The notes: generated by a model from the sequence alone, not told the origin. Numbered from the stretch's first letter, positions 46,008 through 55,488 are shown. The stretch is DNA of 64,000 nt from Minisyncoccota bacterium (GCA_036517215.1 DATDXF010000016.1:3175-67174), one strand, 5' to 3'. Numbers and translations are program-made.

Positions 46008-46775
46008 GGTCAAAATTTCGGGTTCGCCGTCGGTAATCAGAATGCTATGTTCAAAATGGGCGCTCTTTTTTCCATCAGCGGTGCGTATGGTATACCCGTC
46101 TTCGTCGATGGTTACGTTTTTTGTCCCTAGGTTCAACATCGGCTCTATGGCAATAATCATGCCGGGGACAAGCTTTGCGCCTCGGCCTTTTTTCCCAAAG
46201 TTCGGGATGTAAGGGTCTTCGTGTATTTCTCTGCCCACGCCATGCCCAGATAAAACTTCCACTATGCCATATTTTTCTTTTTGCGCGCGGACAAAACTCT
46301 CTACGGCGTAGCCTATGTCACCTACTGTATTCCCGCCTACTGAAGCCTTTATGCCCTCCCCGAGCGCCGCTTCGGTAATTTGCATCAGCTTCAAATCCCT
46401 TTCACTTACGGCTCCAGCCGGCACGCTCATAGCCATGTCTGTAAAAAGACCTTTGTGTTTGACTCCGAGGTCAATAGATACAATATCTCCCTCTTTTAAA
46501 ATTCTGTCTTTTCTGGGTATCCCGTGCACAACTTCGTCGTTGACAGACACACACAGGGTTGCCGGAAAAGGCTTATCTGCTCCGTCAGGACGATAATTAA
46601 AAAAGGCCGGTTGGTCACCCATATCACGGATGAGTTTCTCGGCATACGTGTCGAGCTCTTTCGTGGAAACCCCCGGCGCCACTTTTTCTTTTACCGCATT
46701 GAGCACCGTGGCCAAGCGTTTACCGCATTCGCGTATTATTTCTATTTCTTCCGGTGTTTTAATAATTATAGCCAT
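45996..46775 (-). CDS. map: Methionine aminopeptidase, type I
   Basis: 259 aa; metal-binding D/D/H/E/E pattern. Confidence 0.9.
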   Translation of the reverse strand: MAIIIKTPEEIEIIRECGKRLATVLNAVKEKVAPGVSTKELDTYAEKLIRDMGDQPAFFNYRPDGADKPFPATLCVSVNDEVVHGIPRKDRILKEGDIVSIDLGVKHKGLFTDMAMSVPAGAVSERDLKLMQITEAALGEGIKASVGGNTVGDIGYAVESFVRAQKEKYGIVEVLSGHGVGREIHEDPYIPNFGKKGRGAKLVPGMIIAIEPMLNLGTKNVTIDEDGYTIRTADGKKSAHFEHSILITDGEPEILTKFR

Positions 46776-46784
46776 ATTAAAATT

Positions 46785-47468
46785 CTAAGAAATTACAGTC
46801 CCCGCGAACTTCTCTCCGTTCAAGCATTTTGCCAAGTTACCTATGGGTTTGCCGTTCATAATAGACACTTCTATCCCCGCTTCTTCCGCGGCCTTGGAAG
46901 CTATCGGGTCAAACGGAGTGCTCAAGCCTGCTGAAGTCCACTCTTTCGGAATAAAGTTCCGGTAGTCCGCCCAGGAAATCGTCTCAAGTTTTTTGGCATT
47001 AGGATTTATTTTTGGGTCAGAGTCATACACGTGGTCTATGTTGGATAAGTTTATTATTTTTTTTGCGCCCACGGTTTCCGCCGCTAAAACGGCGTCAAAA
47101 TCGGAGCTGTGCCCCGGTTCATATGCTCCGCCGATTACGATTGGCTTATCCAGAGAAAAAGGTTTGGAAAGGTCGATAATTACTTTATTTAATGCTTGTT
47201 CGTTAAAAATCACCCGCAACAGCTCGGCATTTAAGTTGTTTGTGGCAATTCCTATCCAGTCCAGATTTTCCTTGGAAGCGGGGGTAATCTCATTGGCCGT
47301 GTTTTGATAATTTCTGCAGGTTTTTCCTCCCCCAGTAATGATCACAAACTTTTTGCCTTTTTCGACATGCTCAAGTATTAAGCTCTTAAATTCTCTCAAA
47401 AAATGAGTGTCGAGGGTGTCGGGAACAATCATCGAGCCACCAAGTGAAATAATTATTGTTTCTTCCAT
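46785..47468 (-). CDS. pyrH: Amino-acid-kinase-family protein (UMP kinase-like)
   Basis: 227 aa; IIISLGGSMIVP N-terminal motif and amino acid kinase fold pattern; assignment to UMP kinase tentative. Confidence 0.5.
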   Translation of the reverse strand: MEETIIISLGGSMIVPDTLDTHFLREFKSLILEHVEKGKKFVIITGGGKTCRNYQNTANEITPASKENLDWIGIATNNLNAELLRVIFNEQALNKVIIDLSKPFSLDKPIVIGGAYEPGHSSDFDAVLAAETVGAKKIINLSNIDHVYDSDPKINPNAKKLETISWADYRNFIPKEWTSAGLSTPFDPIASKAAEEAGIEVSIMNGKPIGNLAKCLNGEKFAGTVIS

Positions 47469-47469
47469 A

Positions 47470-48072
47470 TTAAAATTCCAATGCCTTAATAATATCTTTG
47501 TGCACGTCTTCCACCGACTGCTCGCCGTTTATAGTATATATGGTATAACCGGTTTTATCTTTGAAATAATTCATCGCAGGCACAACCTTGTTCACGTATT
47601 CGTCGAACCTTTTGGCGAGGCCTTCTTCCGTGTCGTCATGCCTGCCTCGAAGTAAGTTCCTCTTCATCGCTTCAGTTTCCGTCAGTTCAATATAAATAAT
47701 TTTCACGTTCTCTCTTCCGTGCTCTTGCACCATTTTTTCAAAAACTTTTGACTGAACAACGGTTCTCGGATAACCATCGAAAATTCCATGTTTATCTGAC
47801 GATAATTCCGCTTTTACTTTTTCTAAAACTAATTTATTTGTCATCTCATCAGGTATTAACCTGCCGGAATCAAGCAATTCTTTTACAGTCTTGGTAGTAT
47901 CGTCAACCGCGGAAGACGCGATAATTTGCCGAAAAATCTCGCCTGTACCTATGTACACGCATTCTCCCCCGTCGTTCTTTAGATAGTCCATAAGCAATTT
48001 GACCTGCGTTCCCTTGCCTGAACCCACTATCCCAAAAAATACAAAAGTCTGCGCTGAAGTTTTATCTTCCAT
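47470..48072 (-). CDS. adk: Adenylate kinase
   Basis: 200 aa; P-loop GIVGSGKGTQ, short LID. Confidence 0.8.
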   Translation of the reverse strand: MEDKTSAQTFVFFGIVGSGKGTQVKLLMDYLKNDGGECVYIGTGEIFRQIIASSAVDDTTKTVKELLDSGRLIPDEMTNKLVLEKVKAELSSDKHGIFDGYPRTVVQSKVFEKMVQEHGRENVKIIYIELTETEAMKRNLLRGRHDDTEEGLAKRFDEYVNKVVPAMNYFKDKTGYTIYTINGEQSVEDVHKDIIKALEF

Positions 48073-48154
48073 AAGCTAACAATACAAAATTTAGCCCAAA
48101 AAATCAATAGAAATAAAGGTTTTCTTTTGTAATAGAATATGCTTTACTTAAATT

Positions 48155-48757
48155 ATGAAAAAACTTGGGTTTAACATAGTGCTCCTCGGGATGATAGCGT
48201 CCGGCAAAGAAACCCAGGCCAATGTGCTCAAAAAGAAATATGCCCTGAAATTTGTGGAGTCCGGCGTTTTTTCACGCAAACTCCTAAAAGAAAAGAGCAA
48301 AGACGGAGACTGGGCGCGGCGCACTACAGGCAAAGGCAAGCCTTTGCCCACGGTTCTACTGCAAAATTTTTTGAAAAGGGAGATAAGCAACAAGCCTAAA
48401 AATAAAGACTTGCTTTTTCTCGGCACCCCCCGGCTAAAACCCGAAGCCCAGCTGGTAAAAAAAATCCTTGCCGAAAAAGGGCAGGATTTCCTGGCTTTCT
48501 ACATCAGCCTGCCGGACAAGGAAGTATACAAGCGCTCGTTAAAAAGAAAAGAAAGCAATGTAAAAGAAATTTACAAAGCTTTTGACACCCACAAGCTCAT
48601 TAAAACCCGCATCGCCTGGCACAAAGACCAAGTCGGCAAGAGCGTAAAATATTTTAAAAGCCTAAAAAAACTGAGAGTCATCAACGGCAACCAGCCTGTG
48701 GCGAAAGTTACTAAAGATATTTTGAAAGCTATTGAAAATTATAAACAAGAATCGTAA
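48155..48757 (+). CDS. Adenylate-kinase-family P-loop kinase (paralog)
   Basis: 200 aa; P-loop LLGMIASGKETQ. Confidence 0.55.
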   Translation: MKKLGFNIVLLGMIASGKETQANVLKKKYALKFVESGVFSRKLLKEKSKDGDWARRTTGKGKPLPTVLLQNFLKREISNKPKNKDLLFLGTPRLKPEAQLVKKILAEKGQDFLAFYISLPDKEVYKRSLKRKESNVKEIYKAFDTHKLIKTRIAWHKDQVGKSVKYFKSLKKLRVINGNQPVAKVTKDILKAIENYKQES

Positions 48758-48775
48758 TTCATTTTTGCAATTGTC

Positions 48776-48813
48776 ATGTGGTGAAATTTCGCATATGCGA
48801 AATTTCACCACAT
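48776..48813. terminator. 38-nt perfect palindrome ATGTGGTGAAATTTCGCATATGCGAAATTTCACCACAT between convergent genes
   Basis: Seen directly. Confidence 0.6.
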
Positions 48814-48826
48814 GTTTACATATCAA

Positions 48827-49357
48827 TCAAAGCCCGAAATGCGACCTTAACTTCTTATCGTCTAGAACTTTACTAATTTCTAGAATTTCTACATATTTCC
48901 TGACCCCGAAAAAGTCAGCCACAAACAACAGCTCCCCTTCGCATGGATAAGGATAAATCCAGGCACTTTTCTGAAACTGGTAAAAACCCATATCTTTCAA
49001 TTTCCACCTAAAGGCGTTGCGAGCATTTTTGAATCGAATAGGCAAATCATACATGACCAAACGCCATTTGCCGTCCCATTTCTTGGGCGTTTTAATTACG
49101 ACCTCGTCAATTAAAATGTACTGGAGCTTCTTTTCGCCTTTACCCGTAAGCTCATACTTACCATCTTCTTTCACATATCTGACGAATTTATAACGGCGAA
49201 AGCCACGGAAGATTTGTTTGGCTTCCGGGCTATTGTAAAATCCGGATGCTAAATTTTCTCCAAACGCCACTGCGCACAGCATCCTTTGCGCCAAACTGAT
49301 TCCCTCCCCGCCTATGTTTACAACTTTTTTAATTTTCACCAAATGTTCCCGTTTCAT
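48827..49357 (-). CDS. Hypothetical protein with C-terminal Cas2-like / VapD-like domain
   Basis: 176 aa; WRLVMYDLPIRFKNARNAFRWKLKDMGFYQFQKSAWIYP resembles Cas2 core (LVxYDx...R...L...G.R.Q.SV). Confidence 0.4.
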   Translation of the reverse strand: MKREHLVKIKKVVNIGGEGISLAQRMLCAVAFGENLASGFYNSPEAKQIFRGFRRYKFVRYVKEDGKYELTGKGEKKLQYILIDEVVIKTPKKWDGKWRLVMYDLPIRFKNARNAFRWKLKDMGFYQFQKSAWIYPYPCEGELLFVADFFGVRKYVEILEISKVLDDKKLRSHFGL

Positions 49358-49562
49358 ATTACATGGTTAATTTTAGTATATGCATAAATTCACCACAAGG
49401 CACCGGCGGCCAACAGAATGCAAAACGGGGCAGGTTGTCGACCTCGTGGTCTCGGAATACAAAAAGTGGCTGGAAAAATAATTGAGTAGAAATGAGAAGA
49501 CCGCCTGCGAGGTATGGCCGACGGCCTCCTCGTTCAAGCGGTCTTGATTATCAACCCTCTTC

Positions 49563-49877
49563 CTACTCTATACCCTCAACGGACTCGATCTGCTCGCCCA
49601 GAAGGAGGCGAATCTTCTGGACGTCATCCTCGGTGAGTTCCGTCGGAAATTGCTCGATCGGTTCATCCAGAAGAAGGCGAATCATTTCGGCTTCTTCTGC
49701 AGAAAACCCTGTCGCGGGCTTTTCGGAACATCCCGTGAAGACCAGTACACGGGATACTACGATTTCCTCGCGGATGAGGGTTTTCCCTACGACCCTCACG
49801 ACGTCTTCTTCGAGGCTTCCGATGCCCACGAAGCAAACCCCCTCTTTCGCAATCACCTTGATATGCTTGAACGCCAT
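49563..49877 (-). CDS. Small hypothetical protein with tandem C-terminal peptide repeats
   Basis: 104 aa; repeats EAEMIRLLLDEPIEQF / DVQKIRLLLGEQIESV; GC-richer codon usage than genome. Confidence 0.4.
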   Translation of the reverse strand: MAFKHIKVIAKEGVCFVGIGSLEEDVVRVVGKTLIREEIVVSRVLVFTGCSEKPATGFSAEEAEMIRLLLDEPIEQFPTELTEDDVQKIRLLLGEQIESVEGIE

Positions 49878-49894
49878 CTAGGCCTCCTCCGCGC

Positions 49895-50530
49895 TCAACG
49901 AGCGCTGTTATGGTGACGATTTTGAATCACCTCACGCACCAGCAAGCTGGTCAAGGGTTGCGACAGTCGAGTCTGGATTTCCGAAAGAAAATCCAGGTCT
50001 TCTGGAGACACGGAAGTTTCTCCGCTATCCACGATGGCCTGGAGGAACGGTAGGATGTTCGACAGATCCCCCGAATCTGTCGCCTGCAACAACTCGAGTA
50101 TTAGCTCTGGGGAAACAGGATACAACAACCCGTGCCTCAAAGACTTGAGGGTGGCAAACTGCTGTGACGATACTGAAGCTACACCACTTCTGATGACAGC
50201 TTCAATTAGAAGCATCATGTCGGTAATGTTTCTTTTCTTTTGCTCCGCCTTTGCCACGACGAGCAGTAATCCCTCGGAAACCTCGTCTGTTACCATACGG
50301 ACAAGTTCCTCGGCCGACACCCCCATCGCAACGGCGAAGCCGGCAATCACACGAGGCTTTAGTTGTATGTTCTTGAAGATGATGAGGTTCGAAATGGTTC
50401 CCTGGGCCACTCCAACCTCCCTCGCAAACTCCTTTTGGGTCTTGTGGGAACTCGCAAGATACTCCTTCACCTTAACGCTGAACGCTACATTACTTCTCAA
50501 TAGGTTGACCCTACTGTTTTTTGTTTTCAT
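49895..50530 (-). CDS. XRE-family (Cro/C1-type HTH) transcriptional regulator with ~140-aa C-terminal helical domain
   Basis: 211 aa; KTQKEFAREVGVAQGTISNLI HTH; local GC ~52%. Confidence 0.6.
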   Translation of the reverse strand: MKTKNSRVNLLRSNVAFSVKVKEYLASSHKTQKEFAREVGVAQGTISNLIIFKNIQLKPRVIAGFAVAMGVSAEELVRMVTDEVSEGLLLVVAKAEQKKRNITDMMLLIEAVIRSGVASVSSQQFATLKSLRHGLLYPVSPELILELLQATDSGDLSNILPFLQAIVDSGETSVSPEDLDFLSEIQTRLSQPLTSLLVREVIQNRHHNSAR

Positions 50531-50693
50531 GGAACTCTCCTTTTACTTTATATTACATATTTTAATCAAATTGTCAAGATATTTTACCAATTTAATTTAT
50601 TTTAATCCATATAAAACAAGGTTAGAAAGATTTCCTCAGAATTTTGTTATATTTTATTGACACAAAACCAGTATTGGTATATAATGGCTAAAT

Positions 50694-51482
50694 ATGAAAG
50701 AGCAAATATTAAAAATAGAGCAATTACTCAAGGATAGCGGTTTTTTGGACAAGGAAATATCCATATATTTGACTATATTGGAGCTCGGCAGAGGCACAGT
50801 AGCAGAGATTTCCCGCAAAGCGGGTATAAACCGTTCGACGGGGTATGTAATTTTGGACAGCCTAGCCGGGAAAAACCTGGTAAGCATATCCGGCAAAGAA
50901 CCAAAACAGGAATACGTAGCCCTATCCCCCGCCAACCTGGTGGAGTACCTTAGCGCTCAGGCTGAAAAACAAAAAAAGCTCGCGGAGTCCGCGAGAGAAG
51001 TTCTGCCCGAGCTTACCTCCCTCTACAATGTGGGCGACAGGCCGAGAGTATTTTTTTACGAAGGCCTCGCCGGGCTGGAACACGTGTATGAAGATTCCCT
51101 ATCTTCAAAAGGAGATATCTACTCCACTTCCACCTACGAAGAAATGCATGAGACCCTCCCAAAATATTTTTCTACGTATTATGAACGACGAGCAAAGAAA
51201 AAAGTTTTCGTGCATACGTTCGTAGCTGACACTCCCCTTGCTCGAGAAAGAAAAGCCAACGATGAAATCGAATACCGAGACACTTCACTCATTCCGCAAG
51301 ATAAATTCCCTGTACCAACGGACATAGAAATATATAACAACAAAGTTATGATTGCTTCCTGGAAAGAAAAACTGGGAATCATTATTGAATCGGAAGAAAT
51401 AGCCACCACGCTCCGAAGTGTATTCAAACTTGCCCTGACAGAAGCAAAAAAACACGATAAAATTTTAAGCGAAGAAAATTAG
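50694..51482 (+). CDS. TrmB-family transcriptional regulator
   Basis: 262 aa; N-terminal wHTH LTILELGRGTVAEISRKAGINRSTGYVILDSL. Confidence 0.6.
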   Translation: MKEQILKIEQLLKDSGFLDKEISIYLTILELGRGTVAEISRKAGINRSTGYVILDSLAGKNLVSISGKEPKQEYVALSPANLVEYLSAQAEKQKKLAESAREVLPELTSLYNVGDRPRVFFYEGLAGLEHVYEDSLSSKGDIYSTSTYEEMHETLPKYFSTYYERRAKKKVFVHTFVADTPLARERKANDEIEYRDTSLIPQDKFPVPTDIEIYNNKVMIASWKEKLGIIIESEEIATTLRSVFKLALTEAKKHDKILSEEN

Positions 51483-52747
51483 TACTCCCGCATTGAGATT
51501 TGCGCGTCTACTTTTTTCATGAGGTCTAGAACTACCGAGACGACGATGAGGATGGATGTACCTCCAATGGCTAGAGAAGATATGCCGGTAATACGCTGCA
51601 TGACAAGCGGTAGCACCGCTATGAAACCGAGGAAAGTGGCTCCGAGCAAAGTAATGCGGGTTAACACTTTTGATATATACTGCGAAGTAGAGGGTCCCGG
51701 ACGGATGCCTGGAATAAATGCGCCGTTTTTCTGCAGATTTGTAGAAAGAGATTCGGGGTCAAAAGTGACAGCTGTGTAAAAGTAGGTAAACAAAAATACA
51801 AATACGAAGTACAGGATAGCGTAAATCACGCTGGTCTGCGAGAACGCAAGAAGTACCTCTGAAATCTTGGCAATTATTGGATTAGCAAAACGAGTCAAAA
51901 ATGTGCCAATCATTTGCGGGAAAAGAAGTATGGAGAGAGCAAATATTATAGGAATAACTCCGGCTTGGTTCACGCGCAAAGGCAGGTAGGTAGAGCCCCC
52001 GCCATACATTTTCATCCCTCTCACCCGCTTAGCGTAAGTGACGGGTATAGGTCTCTCTGCCTCGGTAACAAGCACTATCCCCGCTATAATCAGAATTCCG
52101 GCAACCAGAAATATCAGGAAAAGAGGAATCTGCGCAGGGGTAAAGTTAAATACAAGCTGGCTTACGGTGGCAGGAAGCTGGGAAACTATCCCGGCGAAGA
52201 TTATGAGTGAAACTCCATTGCCTATGCCGAATTCGGACACAAGTTCCCCTACCCACATGAGAAGGACCGAACCCGCGACCACTATAAACAAGTTCGTAAT
52301 GCGGTCAAAAGATGTCAGGTTTACCAAAATATTCTGCTGTTCCAGGATATATAAAAGCCCGAACCCCTGGATAACCGCAAGAGGCACGGAGAGGAGCCTG
52401 CTGTATTGGGCGAATCTTTTTCTGCCGGCCTCGCCTTCTTCGCTGTAAATTTTCTTGAGAGCGGGCACCATTATGGTAAGAAGCTGCATTATGATCGAAC
52501 CGGTAATGTACGGACCAACTCCGAGCATTATGACCGATAATGTTGTCAGCCCTCCTCCGGAAAATATATTTAAAATTCCGAAAAACTGGTTATTGGAGAG
52601 AAATCTTGAAAGCTGTATGGCATCAACTCCCGGGATGGGAATAGCGGCAAGCAAGCGGAAAATTATCAAGGCAAAAAGCACGAAGAGAACCTTTCTCCTC
52701 AAGGTACCGTCTGTCCAAACCAGTTTTAATTTATCCCAAAAATTCAT
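51479..52747 (-). CDS. secY: Preprotein translocase subunit SecY
   Basis: 422 aa, 10 TM SecY pattern, position after rplO. Confidence 0.9.
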   Translation of the reverse strand: MNFWDKLKLVWTDGTLRRKVLFVLFALIIFRLLAAIPIPGVDAIQLSRFLSNNQFFGILNIFSGGGLTTLSVIMLGVGPYITGSIIMQLLTIMVPALKKIYSEEGEAGRKRFAQYSRLLSVPLAVIQGFGLLYILEQQNILVNLTSFDRITNLFIVVAGSVLLMWVGELVSEFGIGNGVSLIIFAGIVSQLPATVSQLVFNFTPAQIPLFLIFLVAGILIIAGIVLVTEAERPIPVTYAKRVRGMKMYGGGSTYLPLRVNQAGVIPIIFALSILLFPQMIGTFLTRFANPIIAKISEVLLAFSQTSVIYAILYFVFVFLFTYFYTAVTFDPESLSTNLQKNGAFIPGIRPGPSTSQYISKVLTRITLLGATFLGFIAVLPLVMQRITGISSLAIGGTSILIVVSVVLDLMKKVDAQISMREY

Positions 52748-52767
52748 AATCTTATTTTATATCCGTA

Positions 52768-53070
52768 TTACTTTAGACGTATCTTCTTGCCTTTGATTCC
52801 GAGGCGCTTGCGGATTTCTGAGAATTTTTCATCTTTACTGGCCAGTTTATCCTTTTCTATCATCAAAACTTTTTGAATAGACTTAAACTGGTATCCGCGG
52901 TTCTTTGGCAGCTTCTTAATGATATCACGAAGCTCTGGTCGGCGCTTATTTCCGGCGCGAGCCGTCTGACCTTTGCCTCCCCTGCCGGACGTCTTCGCGT
53001 GCTTGCCGCCACGTCCCACCAACCTGTCTTTTTTATTCTTATGTACTCTTTTTAGGTTATGTATTTGCAT
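52768..53070 (-). CDS. rplO: 50S ribosomal protein L15 (short form)
   Basis: 100 aa; Gly/Arg/Lys-rich GRGGKHAKTSGRGGKGQTARAG. Confidence 0.8.
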   Translation of the reverse strand: MQIHNLKRVHKNKKDRLVGRGGKHAKTSGRGGKGQTARAGNKRRPELRDIIKKLPKNRGYQFKSIQKVLMIEKDKLASKDEKFSEIRKRLGIKGKKIRLK

Positions 53071-53077
53071 TTGATTA

Positions 53078-53137
53078 GGTTCTAGGTCTTAGCTTCTAGG
53101 TTCTAGTGTTTGACTAGCCCCTAGCAACTAGAAACTA
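53078..53137. repeat. CTAG-rich ~60-nt intergenic repeat filling the rpsE-rplO spacer
   Basis: TTAGGTTCTAGGTCTTAGCTTCTAGGTTCTAG...GACTAGCCCCTAGCAACTAGAAACTAG; homologous to 34971-35042. Confidence 0.6.
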
Positions 53138-53728
53138 GTCACTTTCTTTTAATGGTACTTCTTTATTAGCGATGACAACGGTCTCCGGAGTTATTTTTGT
53201 GTATTTTGAAGAAATTTGAGACAGGGCGGCTATGACGGCTTTCGCGTTGTTCAGCTTGTTCTTACTTTTGGATAAAATCTTTCCGGTGACATCCTTCATC
53301 CCGGAGAGCTTCACGATATCGCGCACAACCGAACCGGCCACAAGTCCGCGCCCTTTGTTTGGAAACAGAACCACCTGATTCCCGGAAAATTTAGCGGAAA
53401 GTTCGTGTGGAATAGACATTGTCTTGGTCAGGTTCAAGCGAATCATGTTTTTCTTTGCATTCCGGAGAGCTTTATTGATGGCAAGCGCGGTGTCCCCGGC
53501 CTTACCCAATCCCAAGCCTACGCTTCCTTTTTTATCTCCCGCGACCAGAGCCACGGAGAAAGAGAACCGGCGGCCTCCGGCTACGACACGGGTTACCCGA
53601 CGGATATTCAATATCTTTTGGTCGAATTCTGGCTTGACCCTGTTGAAAGAAGACCTACCGCGTCCGCCGGTATTTCTTTTTTCTCTCATTCCTGTTCCTG
53701 TATTTTCTTTTGGTTTTGGTTTATCCAT
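53135..53728 (-). CDS. rpsE: 30S ribosomal protein S5
   Basis: 197 aa S5 pattern. Confidence 0.9.
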   Translation of the reverse strand: MDKPKPKENTGTGMREKRNTGGRGRSSFNRVKPEFDQKILNIRRVTRVVAGGRRFSFSVALVAGDKKGSVGLGLGKAGDTALAINKALRNAKKNMIRLNLTKTMSIPHELSAKFSGNQVVLFPNKGRGLVAGSVVRDIVKLSGMKDVTGKILSKSKNKLNNAKAVIAALSQISSKYTKITPETVVIANKEVPLKESD

Positions 53729-53739
53729 ACTGATGTTTT

Positions 53740-54081
53740 TTAGAATTCTAATCCCGAGGCGCGCGCCTCATCCGCTACTAATTTTATGCGTCCGGTATAT
53801 TTGAATCCGTTCCGGTCAAAAACGACTTTTTTTATTTTACCGCCTATTGCCGCCGCCGCTATCATCTTGCCTACTTCCTTGGCTCTTTCTGTTTTTGTTC
53901 CCTTGGTTACTTTAACATCGCTAGCCTGCGCCAGGGTCTTGCCGGTCTCGTCATTGATAACCTGCGCGTAAATAAATTTATTTGAACGAAAAACAGTCAG
54001 GCGCGGACGGGCTTCGGTCCCTTTTATCTTTGTTCGAATCTTTTTCTTTAGCCTTATTCTTTTGTCGGTTTTATTTTGCAT
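53740..54081 (-). CDS. rplR: 50S ribosomal protein L18
   Basis: 113 aa. Confidence 0.9.
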   Translation of the reverse strand: MQNKTDKRIRLKKKIRTKIKGTEARPRLTVFRSNKFIYAQVINDETGKTLAQASDVKVTKGTKTERAKEVGKMIAAAAIGGKIKKVVFDRNGFKYTGRIKLVADEARASGLEF

Positions 54082-54098
54082 ATGTTTTACTGTCTATA

Positions 54099-54656
54099 TT
54101 ATACGGTCTTCTTGCCCTGCTTGCGTCTTATAACCTCGCCTTCGTAACGCATTCCTTTTCCTTTATATGGCTCGGGCTTTTTTAGGGCGCGAACTGCGGC
54201 AGTAAAACTTCCGACTAGTTCTTTGTCGATTCCGGTAATCGTAATATTATTTTTCTCGGCAGTGGCGGTAATGGTGTCGGGAATAGGTACGATGACAGGG
54301 TGAGAAAATCCTAAAGCAAAATGCAATTCTTTCCGCTGACCATTAACTTTGACCTCGGACTTGAATCCCACTCCTTCTAAAATCAATTTCTTTTGGTACG
54401 GAGTCTGTACTCCGGCAATCATGTTTTTTATATGCGAAGCGTATGTGCCCCAAAGAGATTTGGAGAATTTATCGTTGCGCTTTATATTCAGGGCTACCGC
54501 CTTTTCCGTAATGTCTATGGTTATGTCATCGCGAAAAATCTTTGAAAGAGAGCCTTTTGGGCCTGTCACCGTAACAACCACGCCATTCTGACCTGCATCT
54601 TTGGTGACTTTCACGCCGCTCGGTATTAAAATTTCCTGTTTGCCTATTCTGCTCAT
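54099..54656 (-). CDS. rplF: 50S ribosomal protein L6
   Basis: Start corrected to MSRIGKQ (ATG 54654-54656); track start at 54698 would overlap rpsH. Confidence 0.85.
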   Translation of the reverse strand: MSRIGKQEILIPSGVKVTKDAGQNGVVVTVTGPKGSLSKIFRDDITIDITEKAVALNIKRNDKFSKSLWGTYASHIKNMIAGVQTPYQKKLILEGVGFKSEVKVNGQRKELHFALGFSHPVIVPIPDTITATAEKNNITITGIDKELVGSFTAAVRALKKPEPYKGKGMRYEGEVIRRKQGKKTV

Positions 54657-54672
54657 AATATTTATGTAATGA

Positions 54673-55059
54673 TTACCAAATTCTAAATAGCGCTTCACCC
54701 CCTACTTGTTCTTTGCGCGCTTCTTTGCCTGATAAAATTCCCTTTGGGGTCGAAAGCACAAGGAGTCCTGTACCGTTCCTGACAGAATGTATGTCTTTCA
54801 TCCCGAAATACACTCTCCTTGATTGTTTTGAAATTCGCTCAACTTCCGCTATTTTCGGCTTTTTGTCCACATACACCAGCCCGACCTCGAGCACGGGCTG
54901 TCCTTTTTTAACTTTCTTGGATACTTCGGACACATAGCCGGCCTTTTTCAGACATTCGCCTATGGCGTTTTTCATGTTGGAGTACGGAATTAAAACAGAC
55001 TCCTTTCCGGCCAGGCTTCCGTTCTTCATTATTATTATCATGTTTGAAATTGAATCCAT
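54673..55059 (-). CDS. rpsH: 30S ribosomal protein S8
   Basis: 128 aa. Confidence 0.9.
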   Translation of the reverse strand: MDSISNMIIIMKNGSLAGKESVLIPYSNMKNAIGECLKKAGYVSEVSKKVKKGQPVLEVGLVYVDKKPKIAEVERISKQSRRVYFGMKDIHSVRNGTGLLVLSTPKGILSGKEARKEQVGGEALFRIW

Positions 55060-55078
55060 ATAAATTTATTTTAAACTA

Positions 55079-55264
55079 CTACCAGCTTGATTTACGAACA
55101 CCCGGAAGCATTCCTTCGTTTGCTAATTCCCTGAAACATATTCGGCAAATACCGAAGTCGCGCATAAAAGCATTTCCCCTGCCACAACGAAAACACCTGT
55201 TTTTCTGCCTGGTGGAAAATTTTTGTTTCTTTTTGCTTCTTGCTATAACTGATGTTTTTGCCAT
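55079..55264 (-). CDS. rpsZ: 30S ribosomal protein S14 type Z (zinc-binding)
   Basis: 61 aa; CFRCGRGNAFMRDFGICRIC. Confidence 0.9.
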   Translation of the reverse strand: MAKTSVIARSKKKQKFSTRQKNRCFRCGRGNAFMRDFGICRICFRELANEGMLPGVRKSSW

Positions 55265-55335
55265 CCCAGTACTAAAATTTTAATTAATAAACTTTGTCTT
55301 TATGCCCCGTAATCAAAAATTTAGTACGGGACAGG
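55265..55335 (-). promoter_or_regulatory. Conserved ~70-nt leader upstream of rpsZ (near-identical copy of rpmI leader)
   Basis: Minus-strand reading CCTGTCCCGTACTAAATTTTTGATTACGGGGCATAAAGACAAAGTTTATTAATTAAAATTTTAGTACTGGG-ATG; 4 mismatches vs 37188-37257. Confidence 0.55.
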
Positions 55336-55488
55336 TAAATAATAAATCGGGAGTGCTCCGCTAATATCTCACTTTTTTTCTCCGAACCTCTAATTATTAG
55401 AGCGTCGGAGGAGAAAAATGGATTAAGCGGAAACTGCTTCCCTTGTTGAGAATATTAGCAGATTAACCCTAAAGAGTCAACCTTGGAG

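Noticed and set aside
45900-46010. MITE with target-site duplication (AATTTGG on both sides)
   Set aside because: The apparent duplication is simply the outer part of the same palindrome (arms extend to 21 nt), so no independent TSD.
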